A stretch of 64,000 bases of DNA, taken from Parcubacteria group bacterium GW2011_GWA2_51_10 (GTDB lineage: Bacteria > Patescibacteriota > Minisyncoccia > Phycocordibacterales > UBA2100). The stretch is from assembly GCA_001004265.1 (NCBI GenBank), contig LCQS01000017.1:2530-66529 (forward strand), written 5' to 3'. Shown here piece by piece: positions 27,620 to 37,250 of this stretch. The notes under the pieces were generated by a model. That model saw only the letters and a list, made by a program, of their open reading frames with translations, ran no database searches and was not told the DNA's origin. Within the stretch, counting starts at the first letter, position 1; each line of letters starts with the position of its first letter. Position numbers and translations under genes: made by a program.

Positions 27620-28894
27620 TTATGCGAATCGTGTTGCCAAATCTGCTATCAAAACTCGTTCCTGCTTCCCCGTATCCCGATCTCGCACAGTGACCGTGTC
27701 ATCTTCGAGCGTCTGGAAGTCGATCGTGATACACGCGGGAGTGCCGATCTCGTCCTGCCGACGATAACGCTTTCCGATGTTGCCGTTGTCGTCCCACATG
27801 ATTTGCGGCACCTCTCTTTTGAGAGAAACGTAGACCTCCCGCGCTTTTGAAACGAGTTCCGGCTTGTTCTTGAGAAGCGGGAAAACCGCAGCAGAAACCG
27901 GCGCTATCTTCGGATTCAATTTCAAGTATACGCGTTTCTCGCCGCCGAGCTCGTCTTCCACGTAGGCAGCGGTAAGAATGGCAAGCACAAGGCGATCAAC
28001 ACCGTAGGACGGTTCAATCACGTGAGGACAGAACTTCTCTCCGCTCTCATCGTTCTGATACGATAGCTCGACGCCTGATTCTTTTGAATGTGCAGAGAGG
28101 TCGAAATCTGTGCGGTATGCAAGGCCAGCAAGCTCTTTGCGTCCAAATGGGAAATCAAATTCGAAATCAATGGTTCGCCGGGAGTAGTGAGCCCGCTCAT
28201 TTTCGGGGACCTCAAGCTCATGAACCAACTCTCTTGGTATGCCTAGCATAGCAATGTATCGATATGTTTCTTGCCTCCATTGCTCAAAATTACTTTCCCA
28301 CTCTTCTGGGCGCACGAAGTATTCCACCTCCATCTGTTCGAATTCGCGCGTGCGAAAGAGAAAATCGCGCGGAGCGATTTCATTTCTAAATGCTTTCCCT
28401 GTCTGGGCAATTCCAAAAGGCAGTCTCGGGTGGAATGAGTCCATTATGTTTTTGAAATTAACGAACATTCCGCCTGCCGTCTCTGGTCGCAAATACACAA
28501 TGGAGGATTCATCCCCTGTCGCACCAATGTGCGTCTTGAACATCATATTAAACTGCCGGAGGGGCCCGAACTCGCCGCCACACTCAGGGCACTTTTTCTC
28601 CACTTGATCGGGACGGTAGCGCCGCTTGCATTTCTTACATTCAACGAGAGGATCGGAAAACCCGCTCACATGCCCGCTCGCTTCCCACACTCTCGGGTTC
28701 ATTAAAATTGCCGCGTCGACGCCATACATATCATCACGCTCTTGTACGAAGAGGCGCCACCAGAGATTCTTGATGTTGTTTTTAAGTTCGATTCCGAGGG
28801 GCCCGTAATCCCACGTACCCGCGAGTCCTCCATAGATTTCACTGCCGGGATAAATAAACCCCCGACGCTTTGCCAGCGACACAATTTTCTCCAT
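27620..28894 (-). CDS. glyS: glycyl-tRNA synthetase (dimeric class II type)
   Basis: Starts MEKIVSLAKRRGFIYPGSEIYGG. Class II motifs. GDE, not alpha2beta2, type. Confidence 0.9.
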   Translation of the reverse strand: MEKIVSLAKRRGFIYPGSEIYGGLAGTWDYGPLGIELKNNIKNLWWRLFVQERDDMYGVDAAILMNPRVWEASGHVSGFSDPLVECKKCKRRYRPDQVEKKCPECGGEFGPLRQFNMMFKTHIGATGDESSIVYLRPETAGGMFVNFKNIMDSFHPRLPFGIAQTGKAFRNEIAPRDFLFRTREFEQMEVEYFVRPEEWESNFEQWRQETYRYIAMLGIPRELVHELEVPENERAHYSRRTIDFEFDFPFGRKELAGLAYRTDFDLSAHSKESGVELSYQNDESGEKFCPHVIEPSYGVDRLVLAILTAAYVEDELGGEKRVYLKLNPKIAPVSAAVFPLLKNKPELVSKAREVYVSLKREVPQIMWDDNGNIGKRYRRQDEIGTPACITIDFQTLEDDTVTVRDRDTGKQERVLIADLATRFA

Positions 28895-28924
28895 TGTTAC
28901 ACCGCTTTCACTCTGCATTGTTTG

Positions 28925-28964
28925 AGTGTACTACGTTCTACGTACTACGTTCTACTTTCTAGTT
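28925..28964. repeat. heptamer tandem repeat (TACTACG/TTCTACG-like) upstream of glyS
   Basis: tactacg ttctacg tactacg ttctact ttctagt tctacc. Confidence 0.7.
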
Positions 28965-30821
28965 CTACCTCACAACAGTAGCTTCCAAGGGCGAGAATCC
29001 CCTATCGCCGATAATGTTCGTCGTAACATCCCGCACTGCTTTTGTAACGACCGCGCCCGTGGCCGAATCAATGCCAGTGAGGGTAATTCCCTGTAAGAGC
29101 ACGGGCTCTTCGCCTATTTGACTCGTCGACGGCGTAAAACCAACCGCGATTTCCGCCCATCGGATCGGGGAGCTAATGCCAACACCGGATGCTATGTCGC
29201 CTATTCTCCACGTCAGACTGCCGTCACTTACGTTAAAGGAAATATCTTCTCCCGCTTCCGGCTTGTACATTCCGAGCGAACGCACGTAGGGCGGCATCTG
29301 TGCCGTGAGCCGGGCGTTCTGTATCGCATTCGTCGTATTGGTCACTGTAAAAAGAATCGCATACGTAGTTTCCTGATTCGCTCTCGGCGGCAGTGGCCCC
29401 GTACTGACAAAAGGGTTCTCATAATAGAGACCCTGCGCCGCAACTTCCAACTCGCTCGCGAGTTTTAATGTTTTGCTCGCTGTTGCCCGAAGATTTCCCG
29501 GCACCCCCGTTTCCGAAAGACGTTTACCGGCGGCGTTGGTGCTGATAACGATGCTCGGATTCTGAATTCCGAAGGGCAGAGGCTGCGGAACCTGGAATGA
29601 AAAGCCAACGGTGCCGCTTCCTCCCGCGGGGAGGGAGGAGAGAGAACCGCCTGTTGTGGTTTTGTCCCACAGAATTGCGCTGTCGGAAGAGCGATAGTAA
29701 CCGTCGGTCGAACGGACGCTCGCCCCGTCAATTTCGATTCCAGAAAGACGCGCGACAATTACCGCGTCGGTTATTGCCGTCGACAGATTGTTTTTCCATT
29801 CAATGGAAACATTCACCGATTCTCCGGGAGCAACGATAGTCGCCGCCTCGCGGCCTTGGGGGTTTCCGCTAAAAGACTCTCCGGGGCTTCCGCTCCCTTC
29901 TTCTTTCTGCACTGTGATAGAGAGGCTGAGGAAAGCCTGCGAAATAACCATGCGGTGCGAATAATCCGCGACTACTGTTTCCAGAATGGCGCCCCCCTTG
30001 TCCTTGCGCGTCCCGACTGATGTGCGGAATATGCGCTCGTCGCCTTCTTCTCCGGTGAGCGTGCCGCGGAGCGTCACTGACACGCGCTCCCCCGGATTTA
30101 TATTCCCCAACGCCCAGAGCCCTGGCCGCTCGGGGCGAGGATCACCCGAGCTAAATGCGAAGCCAAATGGGTAGTCAATCTTGAGAAGCACGTCATTGAC
30201 AGGTGCAGGCGCGTTCGATGCAACCGTCACTGTAAGGAGCACCTGCTGCCCAGAGACAGTCTCAGTATTGCTCTCGACGGATATCGAAAGCGACGACGAG
30301 CTAAAAACTAATTCATAATCCAAAGACGTTCCTATCGCAACTCTCCGTTCCGGTTCGTCCGTTGTCCCTGGAGCGTGCGTGCCCAAAGGAAACGTAATGA
30401 CGAGATCGGCAAGATCGAGTGCCGCACGATTGTTGTTGGTTATTACGATCTGCAATTTTGTCGGCTCGCCGCCCGCTATGCGCGTCGGCGCAGAAATAGA
30501 AATGGCAGGAGGGGTCGGCTGGGAGCCGGCGCCGATTGTAAAATAGTAGGCGAGAAACGCGACGGCGCCGATAAGAAATGCGAAGCCCGTTATGAGGAGC
30601 CAGCGTCCAATAGTACTCATCACCTTTCCGCCTACGGCTACTGCCGCCGTCGCAGGATGCGGCGGCGGCATCTCTTTGCGCCACTCTTCAGAGACGGGGA
30701 GTGACTCTTCATCCATCTCGCGCCGAGGGCGATCCTTCAGACGCGACGAAAGCGAGCGCGAATACATCGCGCGACGCAGGCGATCTATCTTTTCTTCGTC
30801 CTGTGGCGAGTTCTCCATCAC
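28965..30821 (-). CDS. membrane-anchored extracellular multi-domain (CARDB/DUF11-like) protein
   Basis: 618 aa. Cytoplasmic N-terminus, one TM (WLLITGFAFLIGAVAFLAYYF), then repeated beta domains. Confidence 0.55.
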   Translation of the reverse strand: MMENSPQDEEKIDRLRRAMYSRSLSSRLKDRPRREMDEESLPVSEEWRKEMPPPHPATAAVAVGGKVMSTIGRWLLITGFAFLIGAVAFLAYYFTIGAGSQPTPPAISISAPTRIAGGEPTKLQIVITNNNRAALDLADLVITFPLGTHAPGTTDEPERRVAIGTSLDYELVFSSSSLSISVESNTETVSGQQVLLTVTVASNAPAPVNDVLLKIDYPFGFAFSSGDPRPERPGLWALGNINPGERVSVTLRGTLTGEEGDERIFRTSVGTRKDKGGAILETVVADYSHRMVISQAFLSLSITVQKEEGSGSPGESFSGNPQGREAATIVAPGESVNVSIEWKNNLSTAITDAVIVARLSGIEIDGASVRSTDGYYRSSDSAILWDKTTTGGSLSSLPAGGSGTVGFSFQVPQPLPFGIQNPSIVISTNAAGKRLSETGVPGNLRATASKTLKLASELEVAAQGLYYENPFVSTGPLPPRANQETTYAILFTVTNTTNAIQNARLTAQMPPYVRSLGMYKPEAGEDISFNVSDGSLTWRIGDIASGVGISSPIRWAEIAVGFTPSTSQIGEEPVLLQGITLTGIDSATGAVVTKAVRDVTTNIIGDRGFSPLEATVVR

Positions 30822-30859
30822 TCAATGATACCAGAATTCTTAACTGAACCGTCGTCGTA

Positions 30860-31438
30860 TTATAAATGAGTCTCGGTGATCGCTCGATTAATCGACGCGA
30901 TAAGTGCCGGCTCCAATGCTTTTGCTTCACGCAAATGCGGCTCCGTATATGCCGTGTGCGCAAAGAGAGCGGTCCCTAAGGCTTCGGAAGAAATGTATCC
31001 GAGCGCAAAAAGAGTGCGGGCCACACACAAGAGCTCTATCGGCGCGGTAGCTGCGCGCGAAGTATTCTCCATGAGTGCAGCATGCGCGTGAGATAGAACT
31101 TCAAAAAGGTATTCGTTTGATTCCTCGCCCGCTACAAGGCGCGTAACAAGTTCTGCGATCCGCGCGAATGCGGCAATAGAGCGTGGATCCGCGCCCTCCG
31201 AACCAGAGAGGGCCCGTGCGCCGGCAAGCCGCCAACCGCCCGACCCACGCACAAGCGATACGGATGCGCGCGAATAATTTTGCACGGCGTAGCGCATTTT
31301 TGATTTTTCCGCCCGCACAGCTCGCGCTCGCGCGCGAATAAGCCCAAACTCTTTCGTGTAGAGCGCAATCGTACGATCGGCTTCTCCGCTCACACGATTT
31401 CCGAGGACAAGTGCTTCAGTGTGATATTTTTGGTACAT
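30860..31438 (-). CDS. recO: DNA repair protein RecO-like (short form, no zinc finger)
   Basis: 192 aa. N-terminal OB-fold TEALVLGNRVSGEADRTIALYTKEFGLIRARARAVR matches the RecO N-domain. Lacks the Cys4 motif. Confidence 0.5.
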   Translation of the reverse strand: MYQKYHTEALVLGNRVSGEADRTIALYTKEFGLIRARARAVRAEKSKMRYAVQNYSRASVSLVRGSGGWRLAGARALSGSEGADPRSIAAFARIAELVTRLVAGEESNEYLFEVLSHAHAALMENTSRAATAPIELLCVARTLFALGYISSEALGTALFAHTAYTEPHLREAKALEPALIASINRAITETHL

Positions 31439-31447
31439 GAGAAAACA

Positions 31448-31477
31448 GCTTCTAGCTTCTAGCTTGTAGCTTGTAGG
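31448..31477. repeat. heptamer tandem repeat (CTTCTAG x2, CTTGTAG x2) overlapping the 3' end of ileS
   Basis: The repeat encodes the last residues (...YKLQARS) of ORF 31452..32078. Confidence 0.7.
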
Positions 31478-32078
31478 ATACTTTTCCCTGATCGATCAAA
31501 AACTCATCCGGCAATGGTTCTTTGCTGAACCCGACGTTATGAACATTAACAGATGTGCAGATATCCGTTTTGTGTTTTTCAATTATAGTGCGCACATTTT
31601 CAGATACATGCAAAGATAGGTCAACTACATCTCGCGGATTGAGTCCCGCCTCTTTGCGCGCACTCTGAACTGCACGGATAAATTCGCGGACGAAGCCTTC
31701 CTCACGCAGTGCGTCCGTGAGGATCGTATCCAATTGTACTTCATCATCATTAAGATTGGGATCGAGCACGACTTCTTTTACATTCACTTCTTCAGCAATT
31801 ATTGAAAGAAGCGTATCGCGATCGCGGGAAGGCGGCAAGGCTTTGAGGGGTACCGTCAGCTTAGAAAGCGGTTGGCGCACGCGGATTTTCGCCGCGCTTC
31901 GCGCCTCGAGTGCATTCGAAACGATGCGCCGCGCTGCCGCCATTTTCGGGAGCGTCGATTCTTTGCCGAACAGCCTCGCAAAAAATGCGCGGCGGCGCGG
32001 CAAAGGCCAATCCTCCAGATGAACGCTTTCCTTCGCGCCTCCGATACCTCGATATATGCTCTCTGCAAGAAAGGGCAT
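31452..32078 (-). CDS. ileS: isoleucyl-tRNA synthetase, C-terminal tRNA-binding domain, on a separate frame
   Basis: 208 aa. MPFLAESIY...ESVHLEDWP is the IleRS C-terminal junction motif. It is in a different frame from, and 11 nt beyond, the stop of the main ileS ORF. Confidence 0.7.
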   Translation of the reverse strand: MPFLAESIYRGIGGAKESVHLEDWPLPRRRAFFARLFGKESTLPKMAAARRIVSNALEARSAAKIRVRQPLSKLTVPLKALPPSRDRDTLLSIIAEEVNVKEVVLDPNLNDDEVQLDTILTDALREEGFVREFIRAVQSARKEAGLNPRDVVDLSLHVSENVRTIIEKHKTDICTSVNVHNVGFSKEPLPDEFLIDQGKVSYKLQARS

Positions 32079-32089
32079 GAAAGGCGCTA

Positions 32090-34825
32090 TTAGTCTCGAA
32101 ACACCGAGTAGAACTTCTTTCTGCGTTGCGAGTGCGTACTGTTTGTCAGAAGCGCATCCGTCACATCAGTGATTACTTGGTCGAGACGCTCGAAGACCCA
32201 CCGATCGAGGAGATGCTCACTTTTTCTTCCTTCTGTCGTTCCATCGTATTCGGATTTATAGAGCTCGAAGAATTTATATGTGTTCCACAGAATTCCGATG
32301 ACGCGGTTGTGCGCATCGCGTACATCCTCGTCGCGAAAATTTAGATCTTCCGCCTGCATGACGACGCTTCCTAAGAGGTGGAAGCGGAATGCGTCAGCGC
32401 CGTATTGGTCGAGAAGAACTAACGGATCCGTGTAATTCCCTTTCGATTTCGACATTTTAGAGCCGTCGGCTGCGAGAATCGTTCCCGTCGAAACCACGTT
32501 GCGAAATGTGAGCCGATTGAAAAGAAGCACCCCCATCGCGTGCATATAGTAGAACCATGTGCGCGTTTGAGCTATATATTCAGCGATAAAATCGCCAGGT
32601 GCTCTTTTTTCAAATTCTTTTTGATTTTCGAATGGGTAGTGATATTCGGCAAAAGGCATCGAAGCCGATTCGACCCAGCAGTCGACCACTTCCGAAATGC
32701 GCTCATACTCCCGCCCCTCGTCGTCGGCGAGAACAAGATTATCCGTATATGGGCGATGTAGATCGAGTTCGTAATCGCGATTGACAGGTATAGGCACAAA
32801 AGGAAGCTCCTTCATTTCTCCCACCTTCGGGTATTCGCGCATTCGCCGAGCGAGAGCCTCCGCTTTTGAGTCACCTTCCGATGCGGCAACGAGCATCCAC
32901 AGCGGCGTGCCATGAGACACAATTAAAATATTTTTATTCTTGTGAGTTCTCTCGAGCTCCCACAACATCTCGCCCATTCTTCGCTTAACGTCAGTGTAGG
33001 TCTCGCCCCCTTTCGGGCCTCGCGTGAAGTGCTCGAGCCGCTCGGGAAATGCCGCCCGATATTCTGAGCGGAGCCTTCCCTCAAAAACACCAAATGCATT
33101 CTCAACAAGACGATCGTCAAAAAATACATTCTCCTCCGGAACATTAAACCTCTCCGCCGCGAGAACTGCCGTTTCTTTCGTGCGCTGGAGCGGCGATGAG
33201 TAGATTATGCTGATTTCCGCATTGAAATCCGCGAGTGATTTTCTAATCCTGTCTCTGCCGTCCGCGGTGAGGTGTATATCTGCGTCGGGATTCGAACTCA
33301 CGATATCTCGCGCATTCGAATCGGACTCCCCATGCCGCATGATGAAGTATCGATTGCCACTTTTTTTGACTCTCGCTTTTAGTTCATTAAGAGAGCCGAT
33401 GACCATAACCCTCTTGCCTCCCTTCTCTTTCCAGATCGGTAATGGAGAGGCCCAGAAGCGATTGCGCGAAATCGTCCAATCGGGAGCAGTTTCAACGATG
33501 TTCTTGAATCGTCCATGCTTCAGATGCCCTGGGATCCAGTTCACTTTCTCATTCTCCCCGAGCATTCGTTCTTTAACCTTCTGGATCTTGATGAACCACG
33601 AGGAGACGGCATTGTAAATGAGCGGTGTGCCGCATCGGTAACAGTGCGGATATGAGTGTGTGTAATTTTTCTTTTCAAAAAGAAGGCCGCGCGCTTCGAG
33701 ATCGTGTTTAATGTCACGCTCCGCGTCCTTCACATACTTTCCTCGCAAGAACGCAGGCACCTGCTCGTTATAATTCCCACTCGCGTCCAAAAGCTGCACC
33801 ATCGGAAGTCCAATTTTCTGGCCGAGCGCGAAGTCATCTTCCCCGTACATGACGGCCGTATGCACGATCCCCGTGCCCTCTTCCGTCGAAACAAAATCCG
33901 CTGCATACACTCTGAATGACTTTGGGGATCGGAGCGCAGGAATTTCAAAAAGCGGCTCATATTCGACACCGATCAATTCATCACCTTTCATTTCCTCAAT
34001 GATCTCATCGCTCTCCTCGAGAATATTTTTTGCAGCAACGAAATACCCTCCAGCTCTTTTAAAAAGCGCGTACCCGATGTCTTTCCCGATCGCAAGTGCG
34101 AGGTTTCCCGGGAGCGTCCACGGCGTTGTCGTCCATGCAAGCAGATACGTGTCTTCTGCCCATTTATAATCTTCGGGGTTGCGCATCTTGAATTTCACGG
34201 TGACTGCCTCTTCCGTGATGTCCTTGTACGTTTGATCCATCGCTATCTCCGCTTTCGCGAGCGGCGTTTCGCAATGGGTGCAGTACATGAGAACCTTGCG
34301 ACCTTCATACAAAAAAGCTCGCTCATATAATTTCTTGAGCGCCCACCAGACGCTTTCGATGTAGCTGTTATCCATCGTCTTGTAGGAATTCTTGAAGTCA
34401 ACCCAGCGGCCGACGCGCTCAACATAGCGCTCCCACTCATGCTCGAATTCCAAAACAGAGGCGCGCGCCGCTTCGTTAAACACATCAACACCAATTTTCT
34501 CGATGTCTTTTTTTGTCTTTAGATTGAGGCGTTTTTCTATCAAACTTTCTATTGGAAGACCATGGCAATCCCACCCCCACCGGCGACGCACGAAATATCC
34601 CCGCATCGTTTTGTAGCGCGGGATAACGTCCTTTATGACCGATGAGAGGAGCGAGCCAGAATGAGGAAGGCCAGTTGCAAACGGAGGCCCGTCGTAAAAT
34701 ACGAACTCGCCTTTAGGAGCGTCCTTTTTTAGAGATTTCTCAAAAACGCCGCTTTCATTCCAGAATTTCAGTACTTCTTCCTCTCGGAGCGCCGCTCCCG
34801 ATTTCTTCGAGGATTCATCCATCAT
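32090..34825 (-). CDS. ileS: isoleucyl-tRNA synthetase (type 2-like) with an inserted histidine-phosphatase-like domain
   Basis: 911 aa. GPPFATGLPHSGS (HIGH-region variant), the CP1/editing motif TTTPWTLPGN, and KMSKSKGNY. Residues about 471-685 (RHGESDSN...SPLQRTKETA...SHG) match the PGM/His-phosphatase signature. Confidence 0.85.
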   Translation of the reverse strand: MMDESSKKSGAALREEEVLKFWNESGVFEKSLKKDAPKGEFVFYDGPPFATGLPHSGSLLSSVIKDVIPRYKTMRGYFVRRRWGWDCHGLPIESLIEKRLNLKTKKDIEKIGVDVFNEAARASVLEFEHEWERYVERVGRWVDFKNSYKTMDNSYIESVWWALKKLYERAFLYEGRKVLMYCTHCETPLAKAEIAMDQTYKDITEEAVTVKFKMRNPEDYKWAEDTYLLAWTTTPWTLPGNLALAIGKDIGYALFKRAGGYFVAAKNILEESDEIIEEMKGDELIGVEYEPLFEIPALRSPKSFRVYAADFVSTEEGTGIVHTAVMYGEDDFALGQKIGLPMVQLLDASGNYNEQVPAFLRGKYVKDAERDIKHDLEARGLLFEKKNYTHSYPHCYRCGTPLIYNAVSSWFIKIQKVKERMLGENEKVNWIPGHLKHGRFKNIVETAPDWTISRNRFWASPLPIWKEKGGKRVMVIGSLNELKARVKKSGNRYFIMRHGESDSNARDIVSSNPDADIHLTADGRDRIRKSLADFNAEISIIYSSPLQRTKETAVLAAERFNVPEENVFFDDRLVENAFGVFEGRLRSEYRAAFPERLEHFTRGPKGGETYTDVKRRMGEMLWELERTHKNKNILIVSHGTPLWMLVAASEGDSKAEALARRMREYPKVGEMKELPFVPIPVNRDYELDLHRPYTDNLVLADDEGREYERISEVVDCWVESASMPFAEYHYPFENQKEFEKRAPGDFIAEYIAQTRTWFYYMHAMGVLLFNRLTFRNVVSTGTILAADGSKMSKSKGNYTDPLVLLDQYGADAFRFHLLGSVVMQAEDLNFRDEDVRDAHNRVIGILWNTYKFFELYKSEYDGTTEGRKSEHLLDRWVFERLDQVITDVTDALLTNSTHSQRRKKFYSVFRD

Positions 34826-34861
34826 CCTATCGTATCAAAAAGAGCACGAGGCGGACACTGC

Positions 34862-36523
34862 TTACATTTTTTCGGGAGCTGGAATGCCAAGCAGCCACAA
34901 TCCATTTTTCAAGGTCGAGCGGACTGCCGCCGTGAGCGCAACTTTGTGCGGTGAGCTTGTCGAACCGTCAAGGATTTGCTCCGCTGCATACCAGTGATTG
35001 AAACTAGAGGCGAACTGCAGGAGGAAGTTCGTCAAAAAATGCGGCTCGCGCGCGTCAGATGCCGCGGCGACAGCGTCGGGAAAGCGAATAAGCAGGCGTG
35101 CGACTTCATTCAGCGCTGCTTTTTCATCAATTTTCGGAGCGACTCCGGCTTCGACCGCTTTCTCTAGGATCGCACTCGCGCGCGCATGCGCGTACTGCAG
35201 GTATGGACCCGAATCGCCTTCAAGCGAGAGAGCACGCTCCTTCTCAAAAATAATATTCCGGCCTGATGCTTGTTTCAGTACCTGGTATTTGATCGCGGCA
35301 ACCGCGATATCGCGCGCGAGCTCGTCAGGATTCGCTGCCCGCGATTCCTTTGCGCGTTCCCGTGCGCGCTCCACCAACTCTTCGAGGAGCGACTCGCCTG
35401 TGATGATTTTCCCCGTGCGTGAAGACATCTTGCCTTCCGGCAGACGCATCATGCCATGTGTAAGATGCTCGATCTTGCGTGCAATATCCGGCATCAATTC
35501 TTTCATAGCCGCGAGAACAACTGCGAAATACTCCTTTTGTTCGTTCCCGGTTACCGTTATCGAAATATCGAACGGCCATGCTTCTGCCTTCATCACTGCA
35601 AGTCCGATATCTTTCGCCTCATACGTCGGGAGCCCACTGCCGGTAATGAATACGCGCGTATGTAGGCCCACCTTTTCCCCGCGAAATATCGTCGCACCGT
35701 CACTTTTTTCAAAGATTTCCGGATTCTCTCTTACGATCTCTGTCCCACGCGGCCCCGTCTCACTCTCAAAAAAATAGAAATCGAATTTTGTTCCGAGCAT
35801 TTCATACAGACGTTCGAAATGCTCCAGCGAAACCCTTCGGCCTTCTTCATAGATTTTTTGGATTGCCGCATCGGATTTCTCGTATATTTTCTTATTGAGC
35901 TCGTCTATCTCCCCTTTTGCCTGCGGATCTTCCTCATACGCAGCATTGCCTTTTGCATATGCGAGAGAGAGCGCGGGAAGATCAATTTTCTGAACATTGT
36001 CCTTTACGAGCTGCCAGATCGCTTTTGCTACATGCGGTCCTACATCACCCTGATAGTTCGCGCGCTTCAAAACCGCTCCGCTCCCTTCCAAAAGGCGCGA
36101 TACTGATTCGCCGATAGCGTTGCTCATGAGATGTCCGATGTGGAATTCCTTGAAAGGATTCGGGTCCGTGTATTCAACGAGGATGCGTCTTCCCGCAAGT
36201 AGGGAGCTCCTTCCCCATTGTTCCGCATTGGCATTTGCCTCCTTGATTGTCGCGGCAAAAAATTGAGGCGAGAGATAAAAATTGATAAATCCGGGTCCTG
36301 CTATCTCTATTCTTTCAACACCCGAAATTTCGCCGAGAGCTCCGACGATTTTCTCCGCGAGTTCACGAGGCGGCGCTCCGGCATCTTTTGCATGGGTGAG
36401 CGCGGCGTTCGTCGCATAATCGCCGCGCGCTAGATCGGCCGGATATTCTATGACAGCTTGCCCCGGCTCGAGACCAATTTTATTCAACGCATCGGCAAGG
36501 CTCCGCTCTAGAATTTCTCGCAT
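34862..36523 (-). CDS. argS: arginyl-tRNA synthetase
   Basis: 553 aa. N-terminal Arg-tRNA add-on domain, HIGH-like FHIGHL, KMSSRTG (KMSKS variant), and the DALR anticodon-binding C-terminus. Confidence 0.9.
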   Translation of the reverse strand: MREILERSLADALNKIGLEPGQAVIEYPADLARGDYATNAALTHAKDAGAPPRELAEKIVGALGEISGVERIEIAGPGFINFYLSPQFFAATIKEANANAEQWGRSSLLAGRRILVEYTDPNPFKEFHIGHLMSNAIGESVSRLLEGSGAVLKRANYQGDVGPHVAKAIWQLVKDNVQKIDLPALSLAYAKGNAAYEEDPQAKGEIDELNKKIYEKSDAAIQKIYEEGRRVSLEHFERLYEMLGTKFDFYFFESETGPRGTEIVRENPEIFEKSDGATIFRGEKVGLHTRVFITGSGLPTYEAKDIGLAVMKAEAWPFDISITVTGNEQKEYFAVVLAAMKELMPDIARKIEHLTHGMMRLPEGKMSSRTGKIITGESLLEELVERARERAKESRAANPDELARDIAVAAIKYQVLKQASGRNIIFEKERALSLEGDSGPYLQYAHARASAILEKAVEAGVAPKIDEKAALNEVARLLIRFPDAVAAASDAREPHFLTNFLLQFASSFNHWYAAEQILDGSTSSPHKVALTAAVRSTLKNGLWLLGIPAPEKM

Positions 36524-36535
36524 AAAACCATTGTA

Positions 36536-37162
36536 TTACGTCTTGCGAACCGCGTCCCACACGCGCGCGAAAACCGCTTCTGGTGCATCGTTTCGTGCAA
36601 CACGAATTATCTTCCAACCCTTTTGCCGTGCCATCGCGCGATACACACCAGCAACTTTTTTCTGATAGCTGGCATCTCTTTCGTGCCTATCTTTCTTTTT
36701 CCGGACAATATGCTTCTGCGCCTCCTCCACCGATATATCGAGATACAAAATCAAGCTCGGCTTTGGAATTGATAAATCTTTGAACTCCAACGATTCAACA
36801 AATCTAAAAAGTTTCTCGCGAGATCTGCCTGCCAGTTTCGCGCCCTGATATGCCACACTGCTCGTGTAACGATTCGAAATAACAATGCCTCTCTTCCGCG
36901 CAGCGCGAATTTTATCGGCAGCTAACGCGCGATCGAGCGAATAAAGAATAGATACGAGGTATGGAGACATCGCGAGGGGATCACCATATCGACCGCGCAG
37001 CATCGCCCCTATGATTTTTCCTACTTCTGATGAATAATCCGGAAAATCAAAAACCGTCACAGTGTGCCCTTCTTTCCGAAGCCGCTTTGCGAGCAGTTTG
37101 ACCTGTGTCGCCTTCCCAGCCCCATCGATGCCTTCAAAGACTATAAGATTGCCTTGCCACAT
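36536..37162 (-). CDS. tmk: thymidylate kinase
   Basis: Start placed at MWQGNLIVFEGIDGAGKATQ (P-loop). Also has the DRY-like motif and lid region. Confidence 0.88.
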   Translation of the reverse strand: MWQGNLIVFEGIDGAGKATQVKLLAKRLRKEGHTVTVFDFPDYSSEVGKIIGAMLRGRYGDPLAMSPYLVSILYSLDRALAADKIRAARKRGIVISNRYTSSVAYQGAKLAGRSREKLFRFVESLEFKDLSIPKPSLILYLDISVEEAQKHIVRKKKDRHERDASYQKKVAGVYRAMARQKGWKIIRVARNDAPEAVFARVWDAVRKT

Positions 37163-37250
37163 AGCGAGATTATCGGCTAATAGCGCTGCGTCGTCGATGG
37201 CGATAAACAAAAGGCTGCTTCCCAGCAGCCTTCTTCCGCAATGCTTCTTG

